This document shows, piece by piece, positions 52,123-64,000 of a DNA stretch of 64,000 nucleotides. The stretch lies in the NCBI RefSeq assembly GCF_009914755.1, contig NC_060934.1. One strand, given 5' to 3'. Origin of the DNA: the human T2T-CHM13v2.0 reference genome, Homo sapiens. Every line of letters starts with the position of its first letter. Position 1 is the first letter of the stretch. A model generated the notes under the pieces. It was not told the DNA's origin. It was given only the letters and a program-made list of their open reading frames with translations, and ran no database searches. Made by a program: the position numbers and the translations under genes.

Positions 52123-53118
52123 TGTTATGTTTTGTGAAGTCCACACATTTCTCTAAATCCTGGCAGGCCAGATTCTTATTCATTGAAAAAAGCTTGTATC
52201 ACCAGAGAGAATAAGGCATCTTTCTCTAAACTCAGGTATTTGGCTGCCTATAGTGAGATGACCTTTCACTGAATCACAGCTTCTTTATCTAACGGATGAA
52301 ACATTGAAGCCAAAATCAGGGTGGTATATCATCATCCCTCCAATGGGTAAAGTTGGAATCTGATTTGATTCTAATTCTTTTTGACATTATCCATTCTCAT
52401 TCTATCACCATTGGCCATCAAAAAATAATGTCTTGGGAAGTCTCCAGAACTTTATTTGAATTCAATGTGCATATTTCCTGTGTTTCACATGCACATACTT
52501 TTGTGCTCATTCCCAGGAAAGCAATCTGGCTGGTGGGTGAGAAGCACCATTTTGACTGTCTTGACAAGCGGTTTGGCTGCTGCTTTTTTTGTTTGTTTTT
52601 TGTTTTAACTGAACTTTACTGAATCTATGACCTACTTTGGCCCTACAGAACACAAACTAACTTTCACCACTGAGCCTCATTTCTTGCAAGCTATAGACTT
52701 GTATCAGTGATTAGAGACAGGCATATAGGCTATGCTGATTTACACAACTCTTCAAAGAACTGAGTGACAAGACTGCAGTTGATGGAATTGATGCAGGAGA
52801 AGGCCTTTGGAGGATCCAAGAAAGCTGAGACTCTGCTGCTGACTGACACACCATAGGTAGCACTTCTGCTGTGCTTGAGAGGGGCATGGACATTAGAGTT
52901 CTCAACATTCGAGTTACTATTATCTGATTCTTCTGATTCTTTGTAGTTATGAGATTGCATGGGGAAGCCAAAAGCAGCATGATATGAAAGAAAATATGTA
53001 GTAATGAATTGAGCACTTCCAAGAGATGCTTTCAAACACCTATTTCGGCCAAATCCTGGTGGGAGCCTCTTACTCTTTCTCAGTTACCATTGGTTATTGG
53101 TCATTTTAATATGACAGT

Positions 53119-53492
53119 TGTCATGATGTGAATGTGTTCCCCAAAATTCATATGTTGAAAAGTAATCACCAATGTCATGGTTTTAGGGGCTGGGGCATTT
53201 GAGAGGTGATTAAGTCATAGGGCCTAATGATAGGTCATAGGGTCATAGGGTCCTTATGAATGGGATTAGTGCCCTCCTAAAAGAAGCTCCAGAAAGCTCT
53301 CTTGCCCCTTCCACCATGTGATGACACAGTAAGAAGGTACCACCTTTGAACCAGGAAACAGGCTTCACTAGACATCAAATCTGCCTTAATCATGGACTTC
53401 CAAGCCTCCAGAACTGGGAGAAATAAATTTTTGTTGTTTATAAAGTACCCAGTGTATGGTATTTGTTATAGCAGTCCCAATGGATTAAAACA
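53119..53492 (+). mobile_element. Solo MLT1A-type MaLR LTR
   Basis: tg...ccccaaaattcatatgttgaaa...ggacttccaagcctccagaactgggagaaataaattt...ttgttatagcag...ca. Confidence 0.85.
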
Positions 53493-53547
53493 ACAAATAG
53501 CACAATGCAAATCACACCAATTTGATGGCAAAGTTCGTATCTTGAGA

Positions 53548-54470
53548 AAGAGGCAGGAGGCTTCCAAGCCTCAACTCTTGCCCTCTGCATACCCACAGAC
53601 TTAACACCATGTGGAAGCTGCCAAGGCCTATAGCTTGCACCCTCTCAAGGAATAGCCTGAGCTATACCTTGGCCACTTTAAGCCATGGCTGGAGCTGGAG
53701 TGGCCATGAGGCTGAGTGCCATGTCCCCAGGTTACTCAGGGCAGTGAGGCCCTGGGCCTGGCCCACGAGAAACTATTCTTCTCTCCTAGGGATCTAGACC
53801 TTGATGTAGGAGCTGCCATGAAGGTCTCTAAAATGCCTTTGAGGCATTTTCCCCAAAGTCTTGGCTATTAACATTCAGCTCCCAGTATGCAAATTCTGTG
53901 GCTGGTTTGAATTCCTCTGCAGAAAATGTTTTTGTTTTTTGTTTCCTACCGCATAGTCAGGCTGCCAACTTTCTAAATTTTTATGTTCTGCTTTCCTTTT
54001 AAATATAAGTTTCAGTTTCAGATTATCTCTTTGCTCATGCATATGACCATATGCTGTTAGCAGCAGCCAGGTTACCCCTTGAATGTTTTGCTGCTTAGAA
54101 ATTTCTTCTGCCAGATACTGTAAATGATCACTCTCAAGTTCAAAGTTCCGCAGATCCCTAGAGCAGGGGCACAAGTCTGCCAGTCTCTTTGCTAAAGCTT
54201 AGCAAGAGGACCTTTATTCTAATTTTCAAAAAGTTCCTCATCTCCGTCTGAGACCACCTCAGCCTGGACTTTATTATCCATATAACTATCAGCATTTTGG
54301 TCACAACAATTTAACAAGTCTCTAGGAAGTTCCAAACTCTCCATCATCTTCCTGTCTTTGGCTGAGCCCTCCAAACTGTTCCAACCTCTGCCTGTTACCC
54401 AGTTCCAAAGACACTTCCACATTTTCAGGTATCTTTATAGCAATGCCCCACTTCTCTGGTACCAATTTTC
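53548..54470 (-). mobile_element. Truncated MST internal (MaLR-int) region
   Basis: MaLR-int text (ctctcaagttcaaagttcc, gagaccacctcagcctggactt); joins the LTR at ggtaccaattttc. Confidence 0.85.
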
Positions 54471-54850
54471 TGTCTTAGTTCATTCTCAAACTGCAGTAAA
54501 GAACTACCTGAGACTGGGTACTTTATAAAGAAAAGAGATCTAATTAGCTCACAGTTCTGCAGGCTGTACAGGGAGCATGACTGGGGAGGTCTCAGGAAAC
54601 TTACAATCATGGCAGAAGGTGAAGGGGAAGCAGGCATGTCTTACGTGGCTGGAGTAGGAGGAAGAGAGTGAAGGTGGAGGTGCTACCCACTTTTAAACAA
54701 CCAGACCTCATGGGAACTCACTATCATGAGAACAGCAAGGGGGAAATCTGCCCCCATGACCAAATCACCTCCCACCAGGCCCCTCCTCCAACATTGGGGA
54801 TTACAGTTTGACATGAGATTTGGGTGGGAACACAAATCCAAACCATATCA
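54471..54850 (-). mobile_element. MSTA-type MaLR LTR (5' LTR of the truncated provirus)
   Basis: tgtcttagttcattctc...aaagaactacctgagactggg...gagatttgggtgggaacacaaatccaaaccatatca. Confidence 0.88.
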
Positions 54851-56524
54851 CCCTGCATACGTCCAGCAACCAGCTGGCTCTGTCTGCCACTTGGGACAGG
54901 TATCATATGTCTGCCTTACCTGCCCCAAACCCACGTTTGAGAAATTTTGGGAATGCTGATAATCTCCCAGTGGCTGTCAGATTACAGCGAGTGGCAAATG
55001 TGGGGGGTGGGGGTGGAAGAGAGTGGGGAAAATACAGGTAAAGGAGAATAAACTAAAAATACTGAAACCAAGCAGAACCTACATAGCAAAATACTTACTT
55101 TTACCTCTAGAAAGGAAAATGAAAAATATGGCTCCATGGTAGAACTTTTACTCCCAAAGCTAGACTGAAAAAAGATCGTGTTTGTCCTATGGTTGGTCTG
55201 CATAATGTACAAGCTTACAAATGGTAGGCTGTCCCCAACTGGCTTTTTTCTAGTGTTTAAATCACATTTTGTATTTTCCTTGCATTGTGCCTGGGCCATG
55301 TGAGACAGTTTAGATAAAAAGGACTTTATTTGGTACCACAGTTTTCAGTCTTTCACCCAACTCATCTGGAAAGACTGAACAGAAATGAGACCGGGGTCTC
55401 TGAAGAGGTCAGCATCCATACTTTTTAGTTTAGTTGTTCGGTCAGCTACTGAAACTCCAAAATAGCTCTCTGCTGCTCAGCCTGTTTTGCTTCTAAACTG
55501 TGGCCTTGGCAAACACCTTACTGTATCAACACACACTGGGTGCAGAGACAGAAAGAGCACGGGTCTGCCTGGCATAGTGCCTGCCTGTTTGAATGAATGA
55601 ATGCATGAATGAATGTAATTTCAAGTCTTGTATCTATCACCTGCCAGCCTTGACCTTCAGCAGGTTTCTTTGCATCTCATTCATTCACCCAACAGATATT
55701 TATTGATTGCCTCCTGGGTGCCAGGCACAAAATTAAGTTATGAGGATCACAAGGTGAAAAAGACAGCATCTGTTCTTAAGAAATTCCAGTCTGGTAAGGA
55801 GGGATCCTTCCAAGAGAGTAACTGGCTGTGTATACTGAGGAGCAAATTATAGGTGTGCTCACTCCCTTTATCTCTTGTTTTCTCAGACTGGTGGCTTGTG
55901 GCTTGCAGGACTGCCCCCCTCTGCTTTCTGTCTTAGCTAAAGTGGTAAGGCCTGTTAGATCACACACTCCATTCTGTGACTATTGCCAGAGACCTGTATC
56001 AAAAGCTTTGGTCTTTACCTTCTGGAATTCCAAGTTTTACTTTAAATGTATATGTATGTGTATTTTAACAAATCAGGATATTTTCCTGTTGTCAGGCTTC
56101 TGGTAGCTTTCCTGCTGTTCACGTGTTGCAAAGACTCCTGGAAGTAACTTTTGATCACACTGGGGAGAGTCTCTTAGTGCCCTGGGGGGTAATTCTTCTA
56201 GTCCTGTATTTTTTGTCTCTCTTAAAGCTGACAGGTGGCTTACATTGTTCTTGATTTTTCTGATGTTTGTTCTCCTTTGTCATGTTAGAAATCACAGCGG
56301 GAGTGGAACAGTTATGTTTAACTTAAACTATTTCTGGCCCACATGTCTGTTTGTGAATGCAGGGAGTGTTCAGATTTCTTGGGCAGTAGGCCACATGGTG
56401 TGGACAAGAGTATAAAATTCAAGTTTGTCATTCATGATAGAAGAAATGCAGAAAAAAGTCCAGTCTCCTGTTGAGTGTAGTAAACTAAGCGTAGAGGCTT
56501 TCTGCTAACTATAGTTCCAAAATA

Positions 56525-56725
56525 CAGCTAGCATTTATTGAGTACTTACTGGATGCTAGGCATGCACCAAATGTTCTACAAGGGCTGTTTTACTTAGTCC
56601 TTAGGAAAACCCTATAAGATGGATATTCGTATTGATCCCATTTGCAGGTGAGAAGCAGAGAGTTAAGTATCTTGCTTGAGGTCACACAGCAAGTAGTGAA
56701 GCTAAGATTCAAACCTCGGCACTAG
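56525..56725 (-). mobile_element. MIR SINE
   Basis: agcatttattgagtacttact...cttgcttgaggtcacacagcaagtagtgaagctaagattcaaacc. Confidence 0.7.
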
Positions 56726-56760
56726 ATGTTACTTTGTATCCACATCTACCTATCTTATAT

Positions 56761-56836
56761 TTAGGTTGGTGCAAAAGTTATTGCAGATTTTGCAATTTTA
56801 ATGGCAAAAACCACAATTACTTTTGCACCAACCTAA
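56761..56836. mobile_element. Near full-length MADE1 (Hsmar1 MITE) palindrome
   Basis: ttaggttggtgcaaaagt ... acttttgcaccaacctaa form perfect 18-bp outer inverted repeats. Confidence 0.92.
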
Positions 56837-57949
56837 TACTTAGGTTAAGATGTTGCAGTCAGTGAAGAGATCTCCAACTGATGATTCATGCGGCTGTTTT
56901 CCTCCTCAAAACTTTGTAACAAAAGTATTTTATTTCATTCTAATGTTTGTGGGGCATGTTTCATTGCTAATAATTCTCAAGGAAAATAAATAATCCAAGT
57001 CCTGGCTTAGCATTTTTCTGAGCCTGTGGGAATCATGCTGACCATCGTAACAAATGGCCAGTCTCAGGTGTGTGTTGTAATGAACAGGAAAAATAGGAAT
57101 GAAATCTGACTTTTCACCCTCAAGAAATAGCTGCATTAGAAAAATAAAATAGCAATGAAGCTTGAAATATGTTTTGGTGTAAGATCTGTAACAGGTAACC
57201 TGGCCAGTTTCATTTATTCTGAATTTATTCCCATTACAAGCCTTGAATGCTCCCTGGGCTCTCTCTTGCTAAATCGATGTTTTCAGAATTCTCAGTGGCT
57301 TGAATTTTGTAATCTGAGAAATCAATCAAGTGCCTCCGGAGAATGCCATGTCTTATTCTACTCTGAACCTCCAAACGCCTCTTGTAATTAAGTATTAGTT
57401 GGAGTTCATTGCACTTGAATAATGAGGTGATGTTTGGGTAGGTTTCCTTTGTTGTTTTTTTCTTGAGGAGCACAGCTTCTGTTTTTCTGGTTAGCTGAAT
57501 CACAGTTGTCACAAAAAAATGCTATGTAAAGCCTCCCTAATTATAATAGTTAGCATCTCCAAAAACCAAATTCAATACTTTATGGTCATTAGTGTGTTGC
57601 TGCAGTCGGCATGCATAGCCCTGGCATGTGTAGCGTATGCCCTGTGATTATGGAATTTTACAATTAAGCTTTGACAATGAGAAAAGGGCTGAAGGAGTTG
57701 AATTTGTTCCTTTTTAAAATGGTCTGACTTGCCTGATGACCAAATGAATGGCTGCATAACTCTTGTTATAGAGCAAACAGTGTGGTCACTAGCTCTTTCT
57801 GCATTTGCTCTGCACTATATAATTTTCTTGCCATACCACAGTTGTTTAACAGGGATAATTGGTTAACAGTGAAATGTATGTACAAAATCATATAGAAAAA
57901 TAATCATTGGCTTAAATATTATATTTACTATTAAATAATAATATTAATA

Positions 57950-59220
57950 AATATTAAGTAATAATAAAAAAACAGACCTCCATGTACCCAGCACTTGGTT
58001 TAAGAGGTTGAATTTAACTATACCCTTAGAAATCCTACATTACCCTCCTGGTGGCTGATCCTTCTCTCTCTTACTGTGGCCATTATCTTGAGATTTTCAA
58101 AATTATTTCTTTGCTTTTCTAGATAGTTTTACATGTGCACACATACACATGTATACATTCCTAAGCAAATTATTGCTTAGTTTTTCCTGTTTTTGAACTT
58201 TACATAAAGGGAGTCACACAGCATATGTTTTGTGATTTGCTAATTTTGCTCATTATTATTTTTTGAGATTCTTCTATTTATTGATGTATGTAGCAGGAAT
58301 TTATTCATTTTCTTTTCTTTCTTTCTTTTTTTTTTTTTTTGAGACGGAATTTTGCTCTGTCACTCAGACTGGAGTGCAGTGGTACAATCTCAGGTCACTG
58401 CGACCTGCAACCTCCACCTCCCAGGTTCAAGCTATTCTCCTGCCTGAGCCTCCTGAGTAGCTGGGATTACAGGTGCCCACCACCACACCTGGCCAATGTT
58501 TGTATTTTTAGTAAAGACGAGGTTGCACCATGTTGGCCAGGCTGGTCTCGAAGTCCTCACCTTAAAGTGATCCGCCCACCTTGGCCTCCCAAAGTGCTGG
58601 GATTATAGGTGTGAGCCACCACGCCCAGGCTAAGTTTATTCACTTTCATTTTTATCTGCCACTTTAAGCCATGACTATACCTCAATTTAAAAAAAATCAT
58701 TCTAATGCTCATGGACATTTGAGTCATCTCTAGTATGGACCTATTATAAAGTGTCAGCATGAATTCTTTTTGTGCTTCTTCCAAATATAACTCTCAGATA
58801 AATTACTTGCAGTAAAATTTTTGGGTCATTTGCTTATCTTCAGCTTTAATAACTAATGACAAACTGTTTTTACACTCTCACCAGCAAGTTATGAAAATTC
58901 CCATTGCCCCACAGTCTTGTCGGCACCTAACATGGTCAGAATTTAGTTTTTGCTTGTCTGAAAGATGTATTGGTAGCTCCTGGTAGTTGTGATATGTATT
59001 TTCCTGATGACTACTGAGCTAGATCATTCATTAGTTTAATGGATCTTAGCTTTTCTCTTATATAACATACCTGTTCATGCCTTTTGACCATTTTTTTCAA
59101 TTAGGTTGTCACTTTTTTCTCATTAATTATTAGGGTTTTAAAAATATTATGGATATTAGTTCTTTGTTGGTCATACTTGTGGCAAATATCTCCCTTTCCT
59201 TGCTTGTCTTTTCATGTTCA
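57950..59220 (-). mobile_element. Old L1ME-like fragment, antisense, containing an Alu
   Basis: cctgtttttgaactttacataaagggagtcacacagcatatg; tacactctcaccagcaa; attttcctgatgactactgag. Confidence 0.65.
58308..58630 (-). mobile_element. Full-length AluS, antisense
   Basis: T-rich tail, both arms, approximate TSD tttattca(t/c)tttc. Confidence 0.92.
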
Positions 59221-60336
59221 TTTTTTTTTTGCCTTCCACAAAAAAGGGAGATGTTTGTGTATTTATTATTTATTTTTCTTTCGTGGATTTATTAATTCTT
59301 TTATTTTATAATCCTTATTAAAGAAAGAGTACATACACATTGTAGAAAGTTAAAATATACAGAGAAGCAAACTTTTTAAAAAGAACTTTACATTCCTACT
59401 GCCCTGAAGTCACCAGAATTAGCATCTTATGCAGGATTTCATATTCTGAATTTCATACCTGTATGTGTATGTATGTACAGTTGACCCTTGAACAACACAG
59501 GTTTGAACTGTGAGGGTGCACTTATATGTGGATTTTTTTTTTTAATGAATATATTGAAAATTTTGGGGGGATTTGTGAAAATTTGAAAAAACTCATAGAG
59601 GAATCACAAAGCCTAGAAATCTAAAAGAAAAATTTAAAAAGCTATGTCATGAATGCATAAAATATATGTAGATACTACATCTACATGTATCATTTACTAT
59701 CATAAAATATACACAAATCTATTATGAAAAGTTAAAATTTATCAGACCTTACACATACAAACATAGGTGGTACGTGGCATCATTCGCAGTCAATAAACTT
59801 GAAGCTGCAGTATTAAATCACAGCTGCGTAAGATTAACTGTAGAATGCGCTGCACTTCTGTGGTAATTTTATAGCCACCTCCCATTGCTATTGTGTGAGC
59901 TCAAGTGTTTTGAATATCTACCTAAAACACCGTGTGGCGCTGATCACCTTCACGTGAGCAGTTCGTGTCTCCACGAAATTGGCGGTGGGCCACAGTGAAA
60001 GTGATTTCTCACAGTTGTCGCATATTTCCCATTGTGTTTGGTGCAATGTTGTAAACCTTGAATAACACCATGGGACTTATGAAGTGTCACTAGTGATGCT
60101 GGAAGTGCTCCCGAGAAGTGGAGAAAAGTCATGACATTACAAGGAAAAGTCAAACTGTACTGACTATGCACTATAGATTGAGGTCTGTAACTGTGGTTGC
60201 CCACCATTTCAAGATGAATGAATCGAGCCTAAGGACCATTGCAAAAAAAAAAAAAAAAGAAAGAAAAAAATCATTTGTGAAGCTGTCACTGCAGCTGCAC
60301 CAGCAGATGTGAACACCTTATACATTTTCTGAAATA

Positions 60337-60741
<405 letters not shown>

Positions 60742-61499
60742 TACAAAATATGGGTTAATTGACCATTTATGTTATCAGCAAGCCTTCTGGTCAACAAGTA
60801 GGCTAGTAGTAAAATTTTGGGGGGAGTCGAAAGTTATACTCAGATTTTCAATTGCATGGGGTGTCGGTGCCCCTATCCCCCACATTATTCAAGGGTCAAC
60901 TGTATATGTAATCAAAACAAATTTTCAGTCACCAACCTCCAAGTTTTCATTTGAGTAGATTTCCTCTCACCATATAGGTAAACCATCTTCAAATTTTCCC
61001 AGTTGACCAGCAGTCCTTTAGCACTTTGGTCAAACAAGTATCCAGTCTAGGACTTATTATGTATTTGGATGAACCAAGTTCTCAATGTTAAAGTCAGTTT
61101 TATCAGTCCTTTGCTTTGTGATTAGTATTTTTTATATCTTTTTAAACACATGTCTTTCAATCCCAAGACTGTATTATCTTCTAACAGTCCTATAGTTTTG
61201 CTTTCTCCTCTAAATTCATAATCCAGAATTGATTTCTGGGTATAGTAGCAGTCCAATTTTTTTTCCATATGGATACCGGCACCATTTATTGATATTCACT
61301 GACCTACAACATATCATGACCCCTGCCATATTTCATGTTCATGTAAGGATGGGTCTTTTTCTTGGCTTTTAAAATTCTGATTCATGGGTCTGTTTGCTTA
61401 TTCCTATACCAATGCTGCAGTGTCCTAATCATTTTACCTTTATAATATGTCTTGACATAATAAATTTTATAATAAGGTTTAAATAAGACAAATCTCCTT

Positions 61500-61820
61500 G
61501 GATAGATTAGGATAGGTTGGGCTGTCTTTGGGTACAAATTTCAGTGGCTTAAAACTCAAAGGGCTTCTTTCTTGCTCATGCTATGCATACAGTTGTGGTC
61601 ATTCAGGGTCCCAGGCAAACAGAGGCTGTGTTACTATCTCAATATGTTCTTCCACATGAGAGAAGAGAGCATGGAGAATCACTTGTCAACTTGTAATGCT
61701 TTCTCCCAGAAGTGACACATGCCAGTTATATTTACATTTCATTGGCAGAGCTACTCCCATGACCACACCTGATTTCAAGGGTGCAAGGGAGTGTAATCCT
61801 TGCATAACTGGAAGCAGAGG
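61500..61820 (-). mobile_element. Old MLT1 (J/K-like) LTR fragment inside L1
   Basis: tttcagtggcttaaaac...cccagaagtgacaca...catttcattggcagagctactcccatgaccacacct. Confidence 0.6.
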
Positions 61821-62871
61821 ATTCTACCACATCTCTCCCATTGCTTTTCTTCGGAAGTGTCTTAGCTATTCTCAGCCTTGAGACCCATTTTGTCAAGTTC
61901 CATGAAAACCCTTACTAAGATTTTGATTGGGATTTTAGTAAATCTAGGGTTCAATTTGGGGAGAAGTGATATCTTCCTTTCTAAGCGTATGGTATATTTG
62001 TCTATTTATTTAGGTCTTAATGTCTTTTAGTGGTTTTATCCTTCTCTCTTTAAAGGATTTGCACATCATTTATAAGACTAATTCTTTGGTGTTTTATATT
62101 CTTATTGCTATTATAAATTTTATTTTTTAAATTACATTTCCTAGCTAATTATTTTCTGGTGTCCAGAAATGCTGGTGACTTTGGTATATTAATTTTATTA
62201 ATGCAGAAATTTTGAAAAACTCTCCTAGTAATTCTAATTACTTATCCATAAATTATTTTGAGTTTTCTACATAGAAAATCATACCACCTGCAAATAAGTA
62301 CAGTTTCATTTTTTTCGTTTCTAATTCCTAACCCTTTTTATTGAGTTCTCTTGTCTTCTCTAACTAGGGCTTCTTGTGCAATGTTCTAGAAGTGGGGATA
62401 GCAAACATTTGTGTCTTGTTACTGATCTTAAGGGAATGCTTTAAACGTCTGACCAATAAGTAGGACTTTTTTGCTAGATATTCTTTATCAGGTTCCTTCC
62501 ATTTCTAGTTTGCTAAGAATGAACTTCGAATTTTGTACATCAAAAAAAAGTGATACTTTCCCTTTGATGTGTTAATGCGGTCATTTATAGTAATCAATTT
62601 AAAAAATTTTAAACCTGCTTTAATTCCTGGAATTAACCTAACTTGGCTAAGATGTATTCCCCTTTTACTCAATGCTAGATTTGGTTAATAATATTCTGTT
62701 TAAGACTTTTGTAAATATGTTTTGAGTAATATTGGTTGGTAATTCTCATTTCTTGTACCATACCTGTATGGTTTTGGAATCACTGTTACTAAAATAAGAC
62801 AGATGTACAAAATAGAAATATGAGACCTACAAAATCCATGAAAATTGTTTAAGATATAAATATACATTTCA

Positions 62872-63185
<314 letters not shown>

Positions 63186-63432
63186 AAGATGTAAAGATAC
63201 ATTTCAGTGAATGATAGATCAAACATAAATTGGAAAATATATAAGACTTGAATATCATAGTTAACAAGCTTCATAGAATAAATATCCCCTCATTTTTAAT
63301 TCTTTGTAAAGAGTCTATGTGAGTTGATTTATTTTTTGGAGGGATGCCTGGAAAATATGTCCATGAAAATGTGGTCCTAGATTTCAAAATATAGAATCAG
63401 TTTACCTAGAGTTATAAAAATCTTGAATTTTA

Positions 63433-63740
<308 letters not shown>

Positions 63741-64000
63741 TCTTGAATTTTAAAATATTTTTGTCTTGAGATATTTTAGTAATTTTTATTTGTTTTTAGA
63801 ACTTAGTCATTTCAATTTATTTCATTGGTCTTTTCAAAGAACTGGTATTTTTGCTTTGAGCCTCTTTACTGTATGTTTGTTTTGCTTTTCATTATTTTCT
63901 TTATTATTTTTCTCTTTCAATTTTGAATGTATTCTGCTGTTCTTTTAAACTTATTGTTAATTTAAATGCAGTGCAATAATGCTCATCTTGTTTTTCTAAC

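Overview
This is human (primate) genomic DNA from inside the PLPP4 (PPAPDC1A/DPPL2, PAP2-family lipid phosphate phosphatase) gene on the + strand. Four internal coding exons can be read directly, each with AG/GT boundaries and mutually compatible phases: 3740-3848, 13823-13913, 18748-18811 and 20886-21010. They are probably exons 2-5 and encode FTEFLDPFQR...KLIVGRPRP...SFPSIHSS. The first exon and the downstream exons lie outside the window. The rest is intron, dominated by interspersed repeats: about 11 Alus (one a consensus-like human-specific AluYb8), L1 remnants of several ages, MIR/L2, LTRs (LTR10, MLT1, MLT2, MST) and DNA transposons (MER20, MER58, MER81, Tigger2, four MADE1). Almost all ORFs in the track are spurious. 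I find no convincing new multi-gene system. The most notable oddities are: a solo LTR10 with four phased p53-like half-sites just behind exon 2; a retroposed 28S rRNA 3' end inside an Alu; a probable 3'UTR retrocopy splitting an MLT1 LTR; a 57-bp local duplication that looks like a templated insertion; a slippage-made DR2 nuclear-receptor element; a MADE1 cluster; and the PSIH variant of the catalytic motif. Repeat family names come from recalled consensus sequences and boundaries of old repeats are approximate.
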